64,000 nucleotides of DNA from positions 1,984,001 through 2,048,000 of the forward strand of contig CDRNST010000091.1 of assembly GCA_977016875.1 (NCBI GenBank), read 5' to 3'. Source of the stretch: Pavona decussata (Eukaryota). Below the pieces are notes generated by a model, which was not told the DNA's origin, did no database searches, and saw only the letters and a program-made list of their open reading frames with translations. The position numbers and the translations under genes are program-made. This document shows, piece after piece, positions 26,597 to 40,774 of this stretch. Position 1 is the first letter of the stretch. Every line of letters starts with the position of its first letter.

Positions 26597-27514
26597 ATGA
26601 CAAACAACTCCAGTTACACGGTTCCGACAGAGGAAACAAGTCCCGCTTGCTTAGTGTACATTATTCGTCCCCTAACCAATCACGTCGCTTTGGTAACTGC
26701 TGTCATCAACGCCATCTTGTCGTTTGTGGCAATGGCGGGTAATGCTCTAATTTTGGCGACAATTTGGAGGAGCGCGTCACTCCGAACTCCATCTTACATT
26801 CTCCTCGGTGGATTGGCATTCACGGACTTTTGCACCGGATTAATCACCCAGTCCTCCTATGTGGTTTTCAGAGTGGCTTCAATGACAAACAATGTGCGGC
26901 TCTTTTGCGTTGCTCGTTCAATTGCTCTCAACTCTGGTCTCTTCTTCACTTCTGTTACAACAGCCAACATCGCATTTATGGCGATCGAAAGATGGATACA
27001 CATGAATCGTCACTCCCTTCTAACCAACCGTCGAGTCATTGTGATAGATGGCGTTATTTTAGTTTTTCTACTGGCTCTCGTTCCTGGTAACCATGTTAAC
27101 ATGCGCATAACGTGGATAACGGCTTTATGTCTCGCTCTATTATCGATCTCAGTGACATCAGTAACGTATTTCAAACTCTTTCAGTTAATTAATCGCCACC
27201 GGCACCAGGTTAAAATGAGCGAATTGTCACACAATTTCACTCCACCTCCCGTCAACGCAGCAAGGTACAAAAAATCAGTATTTACAATTTTCTTTATTCT
27301 GGTTGTGTTTCTCTTGACCAACCTTCCTTACGTCTGCTGCGCTGCAGTGGTTTATGCATCAGGAGATGTGAGAGAAAAAACTTTAACAGCCCTTGATGTT
27401 TGTACAACTATATTGCTTGCCTCTTCTTCTGTAAATCCACTTCTCTATTATTGGCGAATGAGGGACATTCGTGAAGGAGTTAAATGCACACTGAACGCCG
27501 TATTGAGACGCTAA
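26597..27514 (+). CDS. Class A 7TM GPCR, same family
   Basis: 305-aa ORF with GNALIL, LAFTDF, TM3 Cys, AIERW, RYKKSV and SSSVNPLLY. Confidence 0.93.
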   Translation: MTNNSSYTVPTEETSPACLVYIIRPLTNHVALVTAVINAILSFVAMAGNALILATIWRSASLRTPSYILLGGLAFTDFCTGLITQSSYVVFRVASMTNNVRLFCVARSIALNSGLFFTSVTTANIAFMAIERWIHMNRHSLLTNRRVIVIDGVILVFLLALVPGNHVNMRITWITALCLALLSISVTSVTYFKLFQLINRHRHQVKMSELSHNFTPPPVNAARYKKSVFTIFFILVVFLLTNLPYVCCAAVVYASGDVREKTLTALDVCTTILLASSSVNPLLYYWRMRDIREGVKCTLNAVLRR

Positions 27515-27896
27515 AATTATTGCCGAGAGCAACGTTTGACAACGGCCAGAGTAGTACATTTAATACTACCATAAAATCACTTGAATCATTTGATTGAAAC
27601 AGTATGTCTGAATGGTTCTTGCTTTCAAGAGGAAGATGCGACCAGAGAACAAGACGTAAAAAAAAACGGGAAAGTTAACCAGAAAGTCCATATCGTACAC
27701 CTGTTCACTTAAAATGACTTAATTAGCATTCAAGTCTCAAGCACCTTAAATAATTTTTTTACCTACCGTTTTTTCTTTCCTTGACTCTAGCTATAGAAGA
27801 TTGCTAGAGGTCAATCATTTAAACAAAGTCTTCATTGAACTTGTGTCTGAAACCCCTTTTTAATGCTGCGTCAGTTAACATTTCTGTTTTTTTGTT

Positions 27897-27927
<31 letters not shown>

Positions 27928-28832
27928 AGTTGTAGTTGTTATTTTGTTTTGTTTTTTAGGGTAAGGGGTCAAAACTATGCTGAATTTATAAACAAAATAT
28001 TTTTCAAAAATCATCACTTGTCAGACTTGTCATCACTTGTCAAAGATTGCAGACTGGCAATCGAAAGCTCATCATAACCTTTTTTAACTTTCAACCAGAG
28101 AACGCTTAAAAAAATTATTTAAAAAAATTATTATTTTTCCTTTCACTGAACCACCAAATGCTTGAGAGGAAGATGTCAAGTGAATTTCATAAGCAGTGCG
28201 TAGTTTCTAGCGATTTTTCCATGACACAGAGAAAGAACAGTTGGAAAATGTAGCCCAATACTTTATAATTAATCCAATAAGTTGCAATCAGATCTATTTC
28301 CATCTTGGCTTTTAGTAGTTAAAGTAATACTAAAGCTAGGTGATCTAGCCCCCTTAAATGTAGAGATAACCTCTGGAGGTGTATAAGCCTAGGGAAACTG
28401 GAACATGTGCCTCATGTCGAATTCTTTGTTCGCAGTAATGTTGATTTGTTTCATGAAATAAATGTGCTACACAGATTATAGGCTTCCTCAGCGAGGTCTG
28501 CAGGTCATTCTTAAACGCGCACACCAACTGCTCAGCAGGTTTTCTGAGTTTATTCTGACCACATTCCTCAGGCATAGTGAAGAACACATACAGCCAGCAG
28601 TCTTCATTGATTTGCTGTCTGACATGTCACTCGTTCATTTTAAGACAACGTAATTGTCGACTTTGAAGCTTTGTCAAGAGCTTTCAACGTTGCCAAATTC
28701 TTCCATTATGTACAGTATATTTATGTCGACTCTGTGCACATATTTAAAAAACGTATACTTGTTTCTTTTAAGTAATTTGTTGTAGGTAAATACATGCCGC
28801 AGATGGCAGGAGGCAATCTTGGTGCACCAACA

Positions 28833-29214
28833 GTCTGCCTGAGTATCACATCCGCCGCTTACTTCAAAGTGTACCAAATAATTCTACGCCATAAGCGACA
28901 AGTCCAAGCTAACGTCCCGGCTCAGATTCTCGGTCAACCAGCGATCGACTTGGCGAAGTATCGATGATCCGTGTGCACCATTTTGTGCATCTTAGCAGTC
29001 TTTTATATCGCGTACATTCGAATGACTGTCGATATTCTTAAATTTTCGAGATGAATTGACCCCAGCATTTTACGAAGTGTTCAATGCCCTTGTAGCCTTG
29101 CATCTAATGTCCTCTTCGTTGAATCCTTTGCTTTACTTTCTCAGGATGAAAGACATTAGAGATGGTGTTAAGCAGATTGTGAAGAAAATTGTATGTAAGA
29201 ATTGTGTACGTTGA
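28833..29214 (+). pseudogene. GPCR pseudogene fragment (TM5 to C-terminus)
   Basis: Manual translation VCLSITSAAYFKVYQIILRHKRQVQAN...QPAIDLAKYR*SVCTILCILAVFY (TGA 28965-28967), a disrupted loop, then MSSSLNPLLYFLRMKDIRDGVKQIVKK. The N-terminal half is missing. Confidence 0.88.
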
Positions 29215-30171
29215 TTCCATCAGACAAAATCAATTAGAATAATCGCTAGTTTTCCCAGGAGAAATTTACTCCTCATCCTTCTAGTGCGACTAAGTAAGAT
29301 TAAGCCATCGCTTATCCTTCGAATGCAAAACTGAGAAAACAGTTCTTTGAAGCATCTACTCTGAAGGACACTAAGCAAAGTGACAATTTGCTGCGGCAGA
29401 TTAGCGTGAGAAGTTTTTTTTCCTTTCGTTAGTTATTTTTCACACATTTTAAGAAAAATGATAACGTTTTGATTTTGAAACATATTTCGACAGCTCTTCT
29501 GTCTTTCTCAGTTTAAATTGTAAAGTACCAAGTGGAATTTATAATTAGTACATACAAATGCTAATGGAAAGAAAAAAGTGTGAATGACCCTTGTAATCTA
29601 TGTACTTCATTGATCTAAGATTCAATAGGAAATGTTAAAAAAATAGAAGAAAAGAAAAAATGAATATCTCAAGAAAAGTTAACGAAAGCTGTAATTTCTC
29701 ATTTTCCCGGCAGTTTAGATTGGCCTCAAGCAACAACTGCTAACTGTAAACAGGGCCACCCAGTGGTTCGCTTATGTGGGATATCTGTTCGGAAAGACAT
29801 AACCTGCCTCAGAAATTCGGGTGAAATTGTGAAGAATTAACAATTGTGAAGTTGAAATTGAATTAGTGAAATTGTGAAGCTTTTTCTTCAGCGACAGATC
29901 ACCTCAACTTTCCGCAACACTGAAGGAGAGGCAAATACGTCGTTAAAAGTACGACAAGGAGGGCAGCTAGCATTTTCGGAAAGCCAACAGCAGCTCGTAC
30001 ATTCGGGTAATAAGATTCCGTTCCCTAAAATTTGTGGCAATTTACAATGAACAGATCGGACACTGTTAGCTTTCACAATTTCGCTATGAAGAAGCCATCA
30101 CATTACTGATGTGGCAATGCAGGAAACAACATTTTTAACGATCTCGTTGGGGCCCCTGTGCAAAGCAACTT

Positions 30172-30404
30172 GGCCCGGTTGTTCGAAAGCCTGATAACGC
30201 CAATCCCCGATTAAAAGTTTACTGAGGTTTTCAACCCGATCAGTAAAGATTATTTTAAAGGTTCATTTTAATCTAACGGTAAAGAAAAGTCTAATGCAAA
30301 ACTGAGGGACAAAAATCTTTTGACGAATCCTTAAGGATTAGCAAATATATTCCAATCACACGTTAACCCAGGATTAGCTTAATCGGGTTTTGAACAACTC
30401 GGCC
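30172..30404. mobile_element. MITE with short TIRs
   Basis: ggcccggttgttcgaaagcctgat / atcgggttttgaacaactcggcc. Confidence 0.7.
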
Positions 30405-31453
30405 TTGATGTCAGTCTTTTTTCTTGGCAATAAAAACGTGCCAAAGACAGCTATGAATGCCATATAGGAATCTGACAGATGTTCTTAAATTCATTGCGAC
30501 CAGTTTCTTTAGCAGAAGGTAAGTAACAGAGAACTTACAAGAAAGTCAGATTAATAAGGAAAAGCAAAAGTTTACTTCACGCTAGTAATTTCCTTTGTTT
30601 TCTCTTCATGATTTAGTAATGTGTTTGAGAAATTTATTTTCCGGCCAAATTTTTAAACCTCGGCATCTCGCTCGATACTGGCAGTTATACAGGAGAAACA
30701 TTTCTCACTTTTTTTTTTCTCAAAAAAATGAAAACAGTCTGCAAGTCAATTCGTGTATAAATAAAACATAACCTTGTTTGTTTCATCGTGTTTCGAAAAC
30801 ACAACAGAACTCCATTTACGGCCACTCCATTAATATCGCCTCCTCAGTATTTTGGCCCGAGCGAAAGACGGTTGATATATGCCAAGATTTTCATGGGGTC
30901 CCTCTGTTCACACTTTTAGTCATAAGTTTAAGAGTATGAAAACCTCAGAGGATTGTATAAAAATGACAACGATTTAAACTTTGTATCATAAATGAAAATA
31001 GCGATATATCTGTAGGCAAACGAACCAACACTATTCAGAAGATACACCGTTTTAGAAGTTTTATCTAAATGACAAAAATGGTTACGTCTATTAGTTGTTT
31101 CAGTGAAAACATCTATACGAACTGTTGTTGTAATGATGACAAAGGGGAGAGAATAGTCAAATGTTCTGGTGTTCCTATAGTCTTAAAATACTTGGGATAA
31201 CAACTAGATGTGAGTATTCCAGGTATTTTCCACTGTAGAAACTATAGGCAGAAAGGGTGTAATCATCTAGTGCGAACACACCACTCAAAATGCTAGACAC
31301 AAGAAACAACAATGTTTTACAATTTATTTATTAATTTCATTTGTCGTGACAGACTCCTACGTGCGAGTAGAGAGAATTAAATATTCAAACTGAAAAATTA
31401 TATGAGGATACATATAATTATCGTGATAAATGTTTTTTTTTAACATTAAAGAA

Positions 31454-31663
31454 ATACACTTTACAGTCGTGTGCTTAGTGACCTGGCCTTTGAGTAGAAG
31501 CGAGGCTGGAGTTGACTCTGATTTGATACAAATGTTAGTGCTTTTCATAAGAAAATCGTGATGTGCATATGCTAGCTAGTTTGTAATTACATATAATAGG
31601 CAGTTTCATCCTTGCTCTTACTGAAAGGACCGGTCAACAAGCACACAGCTGTAAAAAGGGCTA
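31454..31663. mobile_element. MITE with degenerate TIRs
   Basis: tttacagtcgtgtgcttagtgacctggccttt / aaaggaccggtcaacaagcacacagctgtaaa. Confidence 0.65.
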
Positions 31664-31927
31664 CTAAAAGCCTCCTGCCTTACACATTACATCACCAGTA
31701 TAGTGCGCAACCTCGGCGTATCTAAAAAAGCAAGAGTCGGCTGCTCAAACTACTATATATTGACCTAATCCAGACTTAACATCAACTTTAAATTAAGTTG
31801 TATAGCTTCTCAATGAGCAGTTCAAACTTTAATCCTTGATTAGCATACAACCAGACAAAGGTGATAGATCTATACACAGTAACGCTCAGACATTGTTAAG
31901 ACCCAAAATTGTTCCGCTGAAGACTGT

Positions 31928-32075
31928 CCACCGTCAAGAGATTCCAGTGCTGACGTTTCGAGCGTTAACCCTTCTGCTTTGACGAAGTGCTGACGCTCGA
32001 CACGTCACCACTAGAATCCCTTGTCGGTGACCAATTTACAATTTAGTTATCAACTCTGTCGATAATTAAACCAAA
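31928..32075. mobile_element. Inverted pair of Penelope-associated repeat fragments carrying degenerate hammerhead motifs
   Basis: gctgacgtttcgagcgttaacccttc (minus copy) faces ttgacgaagtgctgacgctcgacacgtcacc (plus copy). The flanks are also inverted. Confidence 0.65.
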
Positions 32076-32530
32076 TATAACCTTTTTCAGTTTGGTTACG
32101 ACGTCTTACAAAAGCAAAGACACAAATAGCTCTTGATAAAAACTTTTACTTTAATGGGATAGTGCTGTTGCGAAAGACTACACATTGTGTGGCCGATTTA
32201 ATTTGCTCGATTCACTCAGAGTGTGTATCCAAGATTTATTTATCTTGACTGGCTCAACTTAGATACTTGATGTATAAACTTGAAGCGTTTTGACCGAAAC
32301 CATTTCCTTGGTTGGGTTAGCAGAAATTAAAGAATCAACCGATTTTTAAAGCACCTTAGCAAAACTTGATGATTTTCCAACGTGCTTTCGTGACGGCGAT
32401 CTGTATCCGGAGTAGGGAGGCCTTTGTTCAATTGTACAATATGCACCACTTTAAATCTCTTTATAGGAACCCAACGTTGCCTCTGCAGCCTTTCACAGTT
32501 ATAAGCCACTGACCATGGAGTGGTAGTATG

Positions 32531-35500
32531 TTAATGTTTTCTCCTCAGAAAGTGACGTTTCATCTGTTTCAGACGAGCAATACCACCACGTCGAGAAGGT
32601 GGGTGTCCTAAAAAGACACAGGAAATGTCATACGACAATTAGTTTTAAGAAGTAAGGGAATGACTAGAATGCTGGAATGTTGTAGAGGTTGCATTGTAAG
32701 GTTCACGAAAACTTTCGCTTTGCATTTCAGTTCAGCTGAATACAATTATGTGAAAATAACAATAAAATCTGCACCATGTTCGGCTTTCAGATGATTTATT
32801 ATGATTATTAATGTTATTGGGGATTGCATCACAAATGACAGGACTAAAATGCTACCTATAACTTTGGCCTTTATCCGATAACGACTTACTTCCAGTTCAA
32901 CAGGAAAGCAATTTCCTATGAAAAAAACTGACCTTGAGAGAAACTATGAAATACCGTACCACTTTTAAAGCAAATAAACTAAAGTGACTCGGCGGCTTAC
33001 CAGGGAAATGAACAAAATTAGTCTATACAAATTGCAAAATTGTTTCCGCTTCACAACTCAGTAAATTGTTTCAACTAATGTGTTGTCAACTACAATTTTT
33101 TAGCTGTCTCCAGAGGTTGTGGTAAATGGTTTTCAGCCTATCGCAATGAGTGTATTATCTTGTTTATCTCACAAAAGCTCATGCCACAACTCAGCTATAC
33201 AATAACAGTGCATGTTCAGAACGAACATTCTTTTAAGATAGGATTAACAACCCACTTGTAAACTTGTACACCTCCATGCTCCAGGGACCCCCTCTTCCGT
33301 CTGGTTTGCACGCACCTGAGGACCCGTACATATTGTATACCTGCAGGATATCCTTTCCGCCCAAACACTGGCCACCGTTTTCCAAAGCAAAGGCCGGAAA
33401 TCCTTGAACTTTTGCTATCAGTGAGCATTTCTTTATTGCAAATTTGCGCGCCTTGTAGTCGTTTCCATCTAACATTGGAAATATTCCTTCCAAGCTGGAT
33501 AAGGCCCTTTCAGGCTGGTCTCTCCAGCAACCGATGCTAAAATAATCTGGGAAGGGAAAATCATCAAATGTGAAACGCTACTTGCTTAATTAAAGGCCTT
33601 AGTGGCATTTTTATGCAAGTAGGGAAGTTGCTTTTGCGCGTTTGTGGAGGAATGATGCCACAAAAACCTACGTAGAGTAAACAGGCCACTATCCAATGCT
33701 ACCGGAAAAAGCGACCGCCGCAGTCGTATTTCCTGAGGAAGATATTATAAGCCAAACAACCGAAAACTAGTTATATTTACGTCTACAGTTCGTCCGATCT
33801 CAAAATGTTGCCTACCGAGTTAATGATATCATCATGTATCATCAAGTCGGCTAGAAGGTCTAAGTGTTAATAACTGTTTAAAGGACATTACTCTCTTATA
33901 AGTATTGATGTCTGTGATAGCCTAGTTCAGTGAAGAGGTATTTGACATTTAATTAAACAAGTTGAAATCGAAAGGTCCAAGCTTCATAAAGACAATCTGG
34001 AAGTTTAGTGGATGCCTTTAACCAGCTAAAAATACATTTATTTAATCCATCTCTATTTTGAAATTTTGTCTTTGTTGTTGTTGTTGTTGTTGTTGTTTTT
34101 GATATTCTTATTTTTGTTACTTCTGCTGTTATTATTCCTAACAATTACATACTAAGCACTAACCTGGAGCATGCGCTCTTCTCATTGTTCCATCTAGATA
34201 AAAGAAAAAACTACTGTTGTCACGTTTAATAGTTACAGATGTACATACTTCAATACTTTCGTTAGTTCTCTAAACATTTCCACATTGAAAAACAATCTAT
34301 TCCACAACTGTTAAAGTGAGTACTACCTTTTCTGACGAAAACGATTAGAACCATACATCTACGTCTACCAGGAAAGTACAGGCCCTCTGTGTGAGGCCGT
34401 ATGCGCTCTCAGACCGTGCCTTCTTTATAATTTGTTAATTTTGTTAGTTCCATTCACCGAGCTACCCTTAAAAATATGTACATGTACCCATTATGTTATA
34501 TAATTATGTAGACATCGTTAATTATCTCGCAAAATTATCAAGTCTCTACTTGATAACATGTGGAAAAACATGATGATTCACAGTACGGAAAAAGATGGCT
34601 GCCCATTTACCACAATGCTTTGCGAACCTAACACAGCCAATAGGCACATAGAAAGCCACATTTTTTTGAAAAATTCGCCCCAATACTAACAACATTGTGT
34701 ATGCTAGTTTTGAAGTTCTTGGAATTTTTTTGTGCGTTTTTATGAGCGTTTTTAGGGTTTTCGTACGCTAAGAATTATGGGGAAATGCACCAGTCGCCAT
34801 CTTGTTCGGAACGGTGGATTATGAAGCCCGTTGGTTCGGCCAATAACAAAGCACTAAAATATGACCGTATAAAAGGAACAATCGGTATGAAGAGTTTCCT
34901 TTCATTGTTTCTGCTTTACACTTATCACTAAAGAGTCTTCTTACTTGTTGGTCTAGAAGCCTGGAATTTCCTCTCCCTTGTGTTATCCACCGGTTCTAAA
35001 AGATATTAAAAACACGTCGCAAATTGTTAAAAAGTATTACCTCAAAGTTTTTAGTTGCTATGACTTTTGCTATTTATCCCTTTTGGAAAAGGGGGTTAAT
35101 TACTAAAGAAACTATTGTGTTACGTCGGTGGGAAGACCGTGAAGCGCTCTGACGAAGAGCTAACGCTCGAAACGTCAGCACTTAAATTTCTTTACCGTGC
35201 AAAATTAACTTATCAACTCAGTGGATGTGATAAAACCTTTTAATCTCCGATAGAATTTGAATTAATATGATGTGACTCAATTTCTCAGTCTGCTGATGAG
35301 AATCTTCACCTCTAGAGTGTGACATTTCAAGACAGTTTCTGTTGCTGAGCAACAATTTCTAGTGGTTGGTGATCCGCGCTAAATCCATCGACACTTAAAT
35401 AAAAGTGATTTTGTTTTGGTTTTTTTGGTCACCTTTTTTTTTTTAATCTTCCCCCTCACTCCCTCCTCACTCCACTTCCTTTCTCTTCTAGCAAGGTGAT

Positions 35501-38500
35501 TATAACTCCAACAAAAAAGCATGACAAGACTGAGCCGCAATGAACCATTGGTTAGCCTTCTGGAGTTTTCTCTCTCCAGTCTGCTATAGTTCAGTATTAC
35601 ATATACAGAAAAAGAGTGACAGTCTGAATGGGGAAGGGGTGGGTAGGTCGAGGGTTAGTACCTGGAAGTATTTGTGCCAAGTTGTTAAGCTGAATGGGAT
35701 TCAGCAGGCGCTGGCCTCCGTGTGTTTTTATAACTTGTGGTTTCACGGTCAAGTGTGGATGCGGAGCTAAGGGAAGAGACACTGTTTGTTAACATGAATG
35801 GAACAGTTGTACATGTCTGCCACTCTAATAGGTGGTAACATTTTGTAAAGTTTGTAAAGTGCAATCAATTTTTAAAGTACAATCAAAGGTTTATTCTCAC
35901 ATAGTCAGCTTTTTTTTTGGTTTATATGTTGTTGACATGTTTTGATTTAGTAAGACGAAGATACAACTTTAAGGGCAACAACACCACCAAAGAAACCACC
36001 TATTCTAAGTTCTCCGTCATCTAATTTTCATATGGCTGATTACTAAATTCTTTGAGGTTATCGTTATACTTTAATTTTTTATATTCTAGCTTTTCCCCTT
36101 GAAGCCTTAATTTTAGTAACTTTCGAGATGTTAAAAAGAACTCGAGGATATAAAGTCCATAATTTCGAACAAGGGGTCTGGGTATTTATTTATTTCTTTT
36201 TTTTTTTTTTTTTTTTTTTTTTTGTCTGTGCAGGGATAACAAATCTTTCAAAGTACAGGTCTGTCGATTAAGCGAAATTACGTAACCCCTCAAAAATTTG
36301 CAACGTTTCAAAGAGAATTCCTGGCAAGCCTTAGACAAATTCAGTTAAAACAGCAGAATTCTAACTAGTTACAGTTTATGTCTATTGTTAAGAGCTAATA
36401 CATGTTTCCCTAAACTTCCTAATCAAATTTTCGTTTAAGATAATTGACCAAACTACCTTTCACGTTATAAACGTTTCAATTTAGTGGAGAAAACGTTAAC
36501 CTCCACACTAAATGAATTTGACGTCTTTCGTTTTCCGAAAGTTAACGAGACCTCAAGAGGAAAATCCAATTTACCATGAACAAACCCCACCAGTTAAATA
36601 TTAAGCCTACTTGGACTCATGCGATGTCCAGTCCTTTGCGGTAAATTCTCGGCACCTAGTACATGCATGCGGGTCTGTCCTTTGGCACCTTGGGTTAGGT
36701 TCAGGTAACAATGTTAGGAACAACTCAGTTGATCGCTGGCAACATTGGTCGGCTGATAATTTACATATACGTCGCACCATTCCCGCGGTCTTACGTTTCA
36801 TATTAGATTCAGAAAGATTTCACAAAGAGTACAAGATTGAGTATGAGTACGACTTTTCAAATCTCGTTTGTGTGGATTAGATAACCGCTTGTCAAACCAG
36901 CATTAGTTTTGTAGGCCGGTCTCCTTATCTGCTGGTAAACACCGGGAAGGGGTGAGAGTTTTGGGGATGTGACTGACTTCAAAAATTTGAAAGTCGGCAT
37001 ACTTGTACTCAATCTTGTACTCGTACTCTGATCTGAAGGTCGCTGTCAAAAGTCGTTGCAGGTGTTTTCACTAAAAACCAAGCTAACTGAAGCCGCCGTT
37101 ACACGTTGAAACTTTTAGCTGAAACTTGTGTGCAACGGCGCTGCGAAACAAGTTTCAGCAGGCGTTGCACCGTGTAACATGGTCGGTTTCGTGAAACTTT
37201 TTCGAACTTCCGTTGCGAGACAAGTTTCACGAAAAGTAGAACCGCTTTCTACTTCTGCAACGGCTCGCAACGGCCGCAGTGGTGAAAAAACAAGAGTTTC
37301 ACCGTGTAACACCACTTCGTGAAACTGGTCTCGTTCGCCGTTGCACACAAGTTTCAGCTAAAAGTTTCAACGTGTAACGGCGGCTTGATGTTGTTTTGCA
37401 GTCAAGCTGACGCTCTTTTTTTTGTCATCCTTTCTTAAGTTGTCAGTGAGCAGTACAGCAGTGACAGATTTCGTTAAGATTTTCCATCCCAAATAACCGA
37501 ACGTCTTTAATGTTCGAATGAAAAGAGTAACTTTGACTTCGAATTGTCTCAGGTACGAGTTCAAACGAAAGGACAGTTTTTGTAACATCTTGTGGTTTAA
37601 TTCGTCTCTCGTGTGATTGGTTTTCTCTTTCAAAAAGTTATTTTCTAGGAACAAATTAATCAATTATACTGAGAACAAATTAATCAATTATACTGAGAGT
37701 TTACACTGGTATATACAGTTGTGGCTCTCCATCCACTGTTTCATATGGTTGCAATGGTATTTGGAAAAAATGATATTTTACGGGGGTTGGGGGAGGAAAA
37801 CTGAAGAACCCTGAGGAAACCCTTTGAGCAAGGACGAGAACCAACAAGAAATTCAGCCCACATACGGACGTCAACTTCCGGACTTGATTCCGGGCTACAA
37901 CGGTGGGAGCACAGGGCCCGCACACAAGAATGAGCAGTTGCCCGGCCAACGCCAATAACCCTCCAAATTGCTAAGATTTGCCGCTTTCATCCTCAACGAG
38001 GACAAAATATAGAAACCGAGGTAAGTTTTGAGCTTAGATGTAAATACTCCTTGCGATATTTCGAAACGAGACTTTCGGTATTCCCGTACATTTCCTCGCG
38101 TTTCGAATTGTGTTGGCCCTGTTGTGGAAGGCGAGTGCTCTCACCGTTGCGCTATTCCCACTTCCCTAAATGCCTTAGAGAAACACTTTTTGGAATCACC
38201 TTTCAATGCAAACAACCTGAAGCAGACGCAGAGTGAACTTTTTATGTTAAGTGATAATAGCAACTAAGACAAACACGCGTAATTGCCATGTACTCACCCG
38301 AGCTTCCATTTGATGAGGTAACAGCCACTTCTGGAAAAAAAAGATGCTCAATTAAATCATTTTGTTTACCGGGTTTTAATTATAGCTAACATAAGAAGGA
38401 TACCATTGACCAAGAAAATTTTTTGTTCTCTAAGTGATTCATCTTGGCAAGTCAAGGATTTTTAAGTTTTCATCGACGATTAAACAGCCTCGAATAAACA

Positions 38501-40728
38501 CAAACTGAAATCTATCTGGTGACACAAACAGATGGTGACAATGTGTTATGCCGCCATTATTTCTCATACTAAAATCCTACCAATTTATCCTCGAAAATTT
38601 GCGAACAAAATAACATTTTTTTAGCGTTGGGACGTTGAGTTCCATCCAAACTAGTTGGAGTATTATTTCTAGCTGAAATACTAACTTTACTTTTCTATTG
38701 GAGGTCAGCTTTTAAAGAGATTTTGTTTTGGCAACTCTCGCACGCCCAAAACCGCAATTTTATCCGGGCTAAGCAGTTTAAGGCTTTATTTTTGTTACGA
38801 TTTTCTTTAATGTAAATACATTGGGATTGACTGCATACTGGAATTGTATTAATATTAGTACATTTTCGACAGTATATGCAGAAAGTATAATTATAAAAAT
38901 GCTGTAAAGGTTTGTACTTTGCATTAAAAGTTAAATGTGTTAAAAAGAAAAAAGATTGACAGCATACCTGGAATTTTTATTTTCAGTCCTGGATTAAGTG
39001 CATTCTGTTTAGCTGAAGAATTAAAAAGGGACCTGCTTGTCATTTGACAATTACCTCGAAATATTAAGAGCAGACTTTTGTTACAGTAAAGTAATATTTC
39101 AACTGTTGAATGAGAATGCGTGTAATTGAATTGGTTACTGAATTAAACTTCGAAATTTCAAAGGATTAATTTGTTAACAATCGAATGTACTCCTTGCGAT
39201 CAAAAACTCAAATACAATGTAATAAGAGGAACAATTGAAATATATGACCAATAATCTACGATGTCTCAGGTACCACAGGCTTTAGAAGTTTTCTGCAATC
39301 TGTGATTTTTGTTCATGAAGCGATGTTGATTGGCTTTCGAATGACCAAAAATGTTTACTCGCAGACTCATGAAACTTATGACCTTATTTGCAACTAATTC
39401 TATTTAACATTGATAAAGGTCACTACAAAGAAGCGTTTTTGATCGTTTTTGATCGCATGGACAGCGAAAAAAATAAAAACGACCTAAAACGGATATGTGT
39501 CGACGAATTAAATCTTCGTTTTCTAATTAAAAAATGATCAAAGAAGAAATCCATATGGACGGTGCCAGACGCCATGAGAAGCAGGGTTTCTCGTTTAAGG
39601 AAACAACTTGACGTGACAAAGGGACCAAACTGAAACCACCGACCGTCGAATCTTCCGATTGAAAATCTGATGCCTACCACCTACACAACCGCATCTCTAC
39701 CTGAACTTCGATACTACAGTGCTATTTCTGTGATTGTATTATTATATTTAGTGACAAAACCACACTCTGGAGAAATTCAAAGTTCTCTCAACAGAAGTCA
39801 AAGCTAACATCGCTTTCTTTCCAAACCCCTATCTCTGTTTCAAAAATAACCTATCTCGGTAAGTCGGCCTAAAAGACTCTACCTTTCTCGTTATTCTTGG
39901 TCATAAAATTGACTTCCTGTTCAGCTTGTTTTTCAAGTTCAGTCAATGAGTTTGTGTCATCTTGCACAGGTTGCTTCTTCTGAGCCTTTTGGGTCGTCGG
40001 AGCGGCAGGTGTAAACGCCAGAGGCCTGGTACGGCTTGGTCCATCATGCGCAGGACCAGAAGTAGGTTTTTTTGTGCTTGAGTCTATGAGGGCAAGCAAA
40101 TCAGTTCCCAGATCCTCAAGGCTGTTCGTCTTATCAGACTGTTTGCCACCGTCTGATACAGGAATGTCGTGAATGAAGATAAGTTTCTTGACACCTTCTC
40201 GGTTTGAAAAAAAGATAATAGCATAATAATTCAACCGTCAAATCACGTCGTATTTGAGGATTCTAAAGAGAATAAGCAGGAATGGCCGGGTGGAAGGCAA
40301 CCAATTATTGAGGCTTGAGGAAGAGATGAAAATCACGGGACAGAAAGCCGTTATTCTTTTCTGAACCATCACAGTGTAAATAGGATAGACGTTACTGTCA
40401 AATGCTATTTTGGGACTATGTACGAAGGCTCGCTTCCATAATGAGGTTCAAAGCAACTCAGAAATGGCCTATTAATTAGCGATCCTGCCCAAAGTCCTAA
40501 TCATCTGAGCTGCAACTAGATCTTTATACACACCACTACTAAAGGTCTGCAGCCATGCAAACTCTTGTTCTCACGCTTTCCTGCTGATAATGAACCACTG
40601 ATAAACAACTTTATATTTAATCGGACTGTGGTTAATACCCACCATTTATTATATAGTTACGAGCGTTTTACTGGAAAATACACCACTCTTAAAATTCATA
40701 CGAAACTACATTCAGGACTCGAGTGGCG

Positions 40729-40774
<46 letters not shown>

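Noticed and set aside
37115-37348. Overlapping ORFs on both strands
   Set aside because: They lie within a palindromic MITE.
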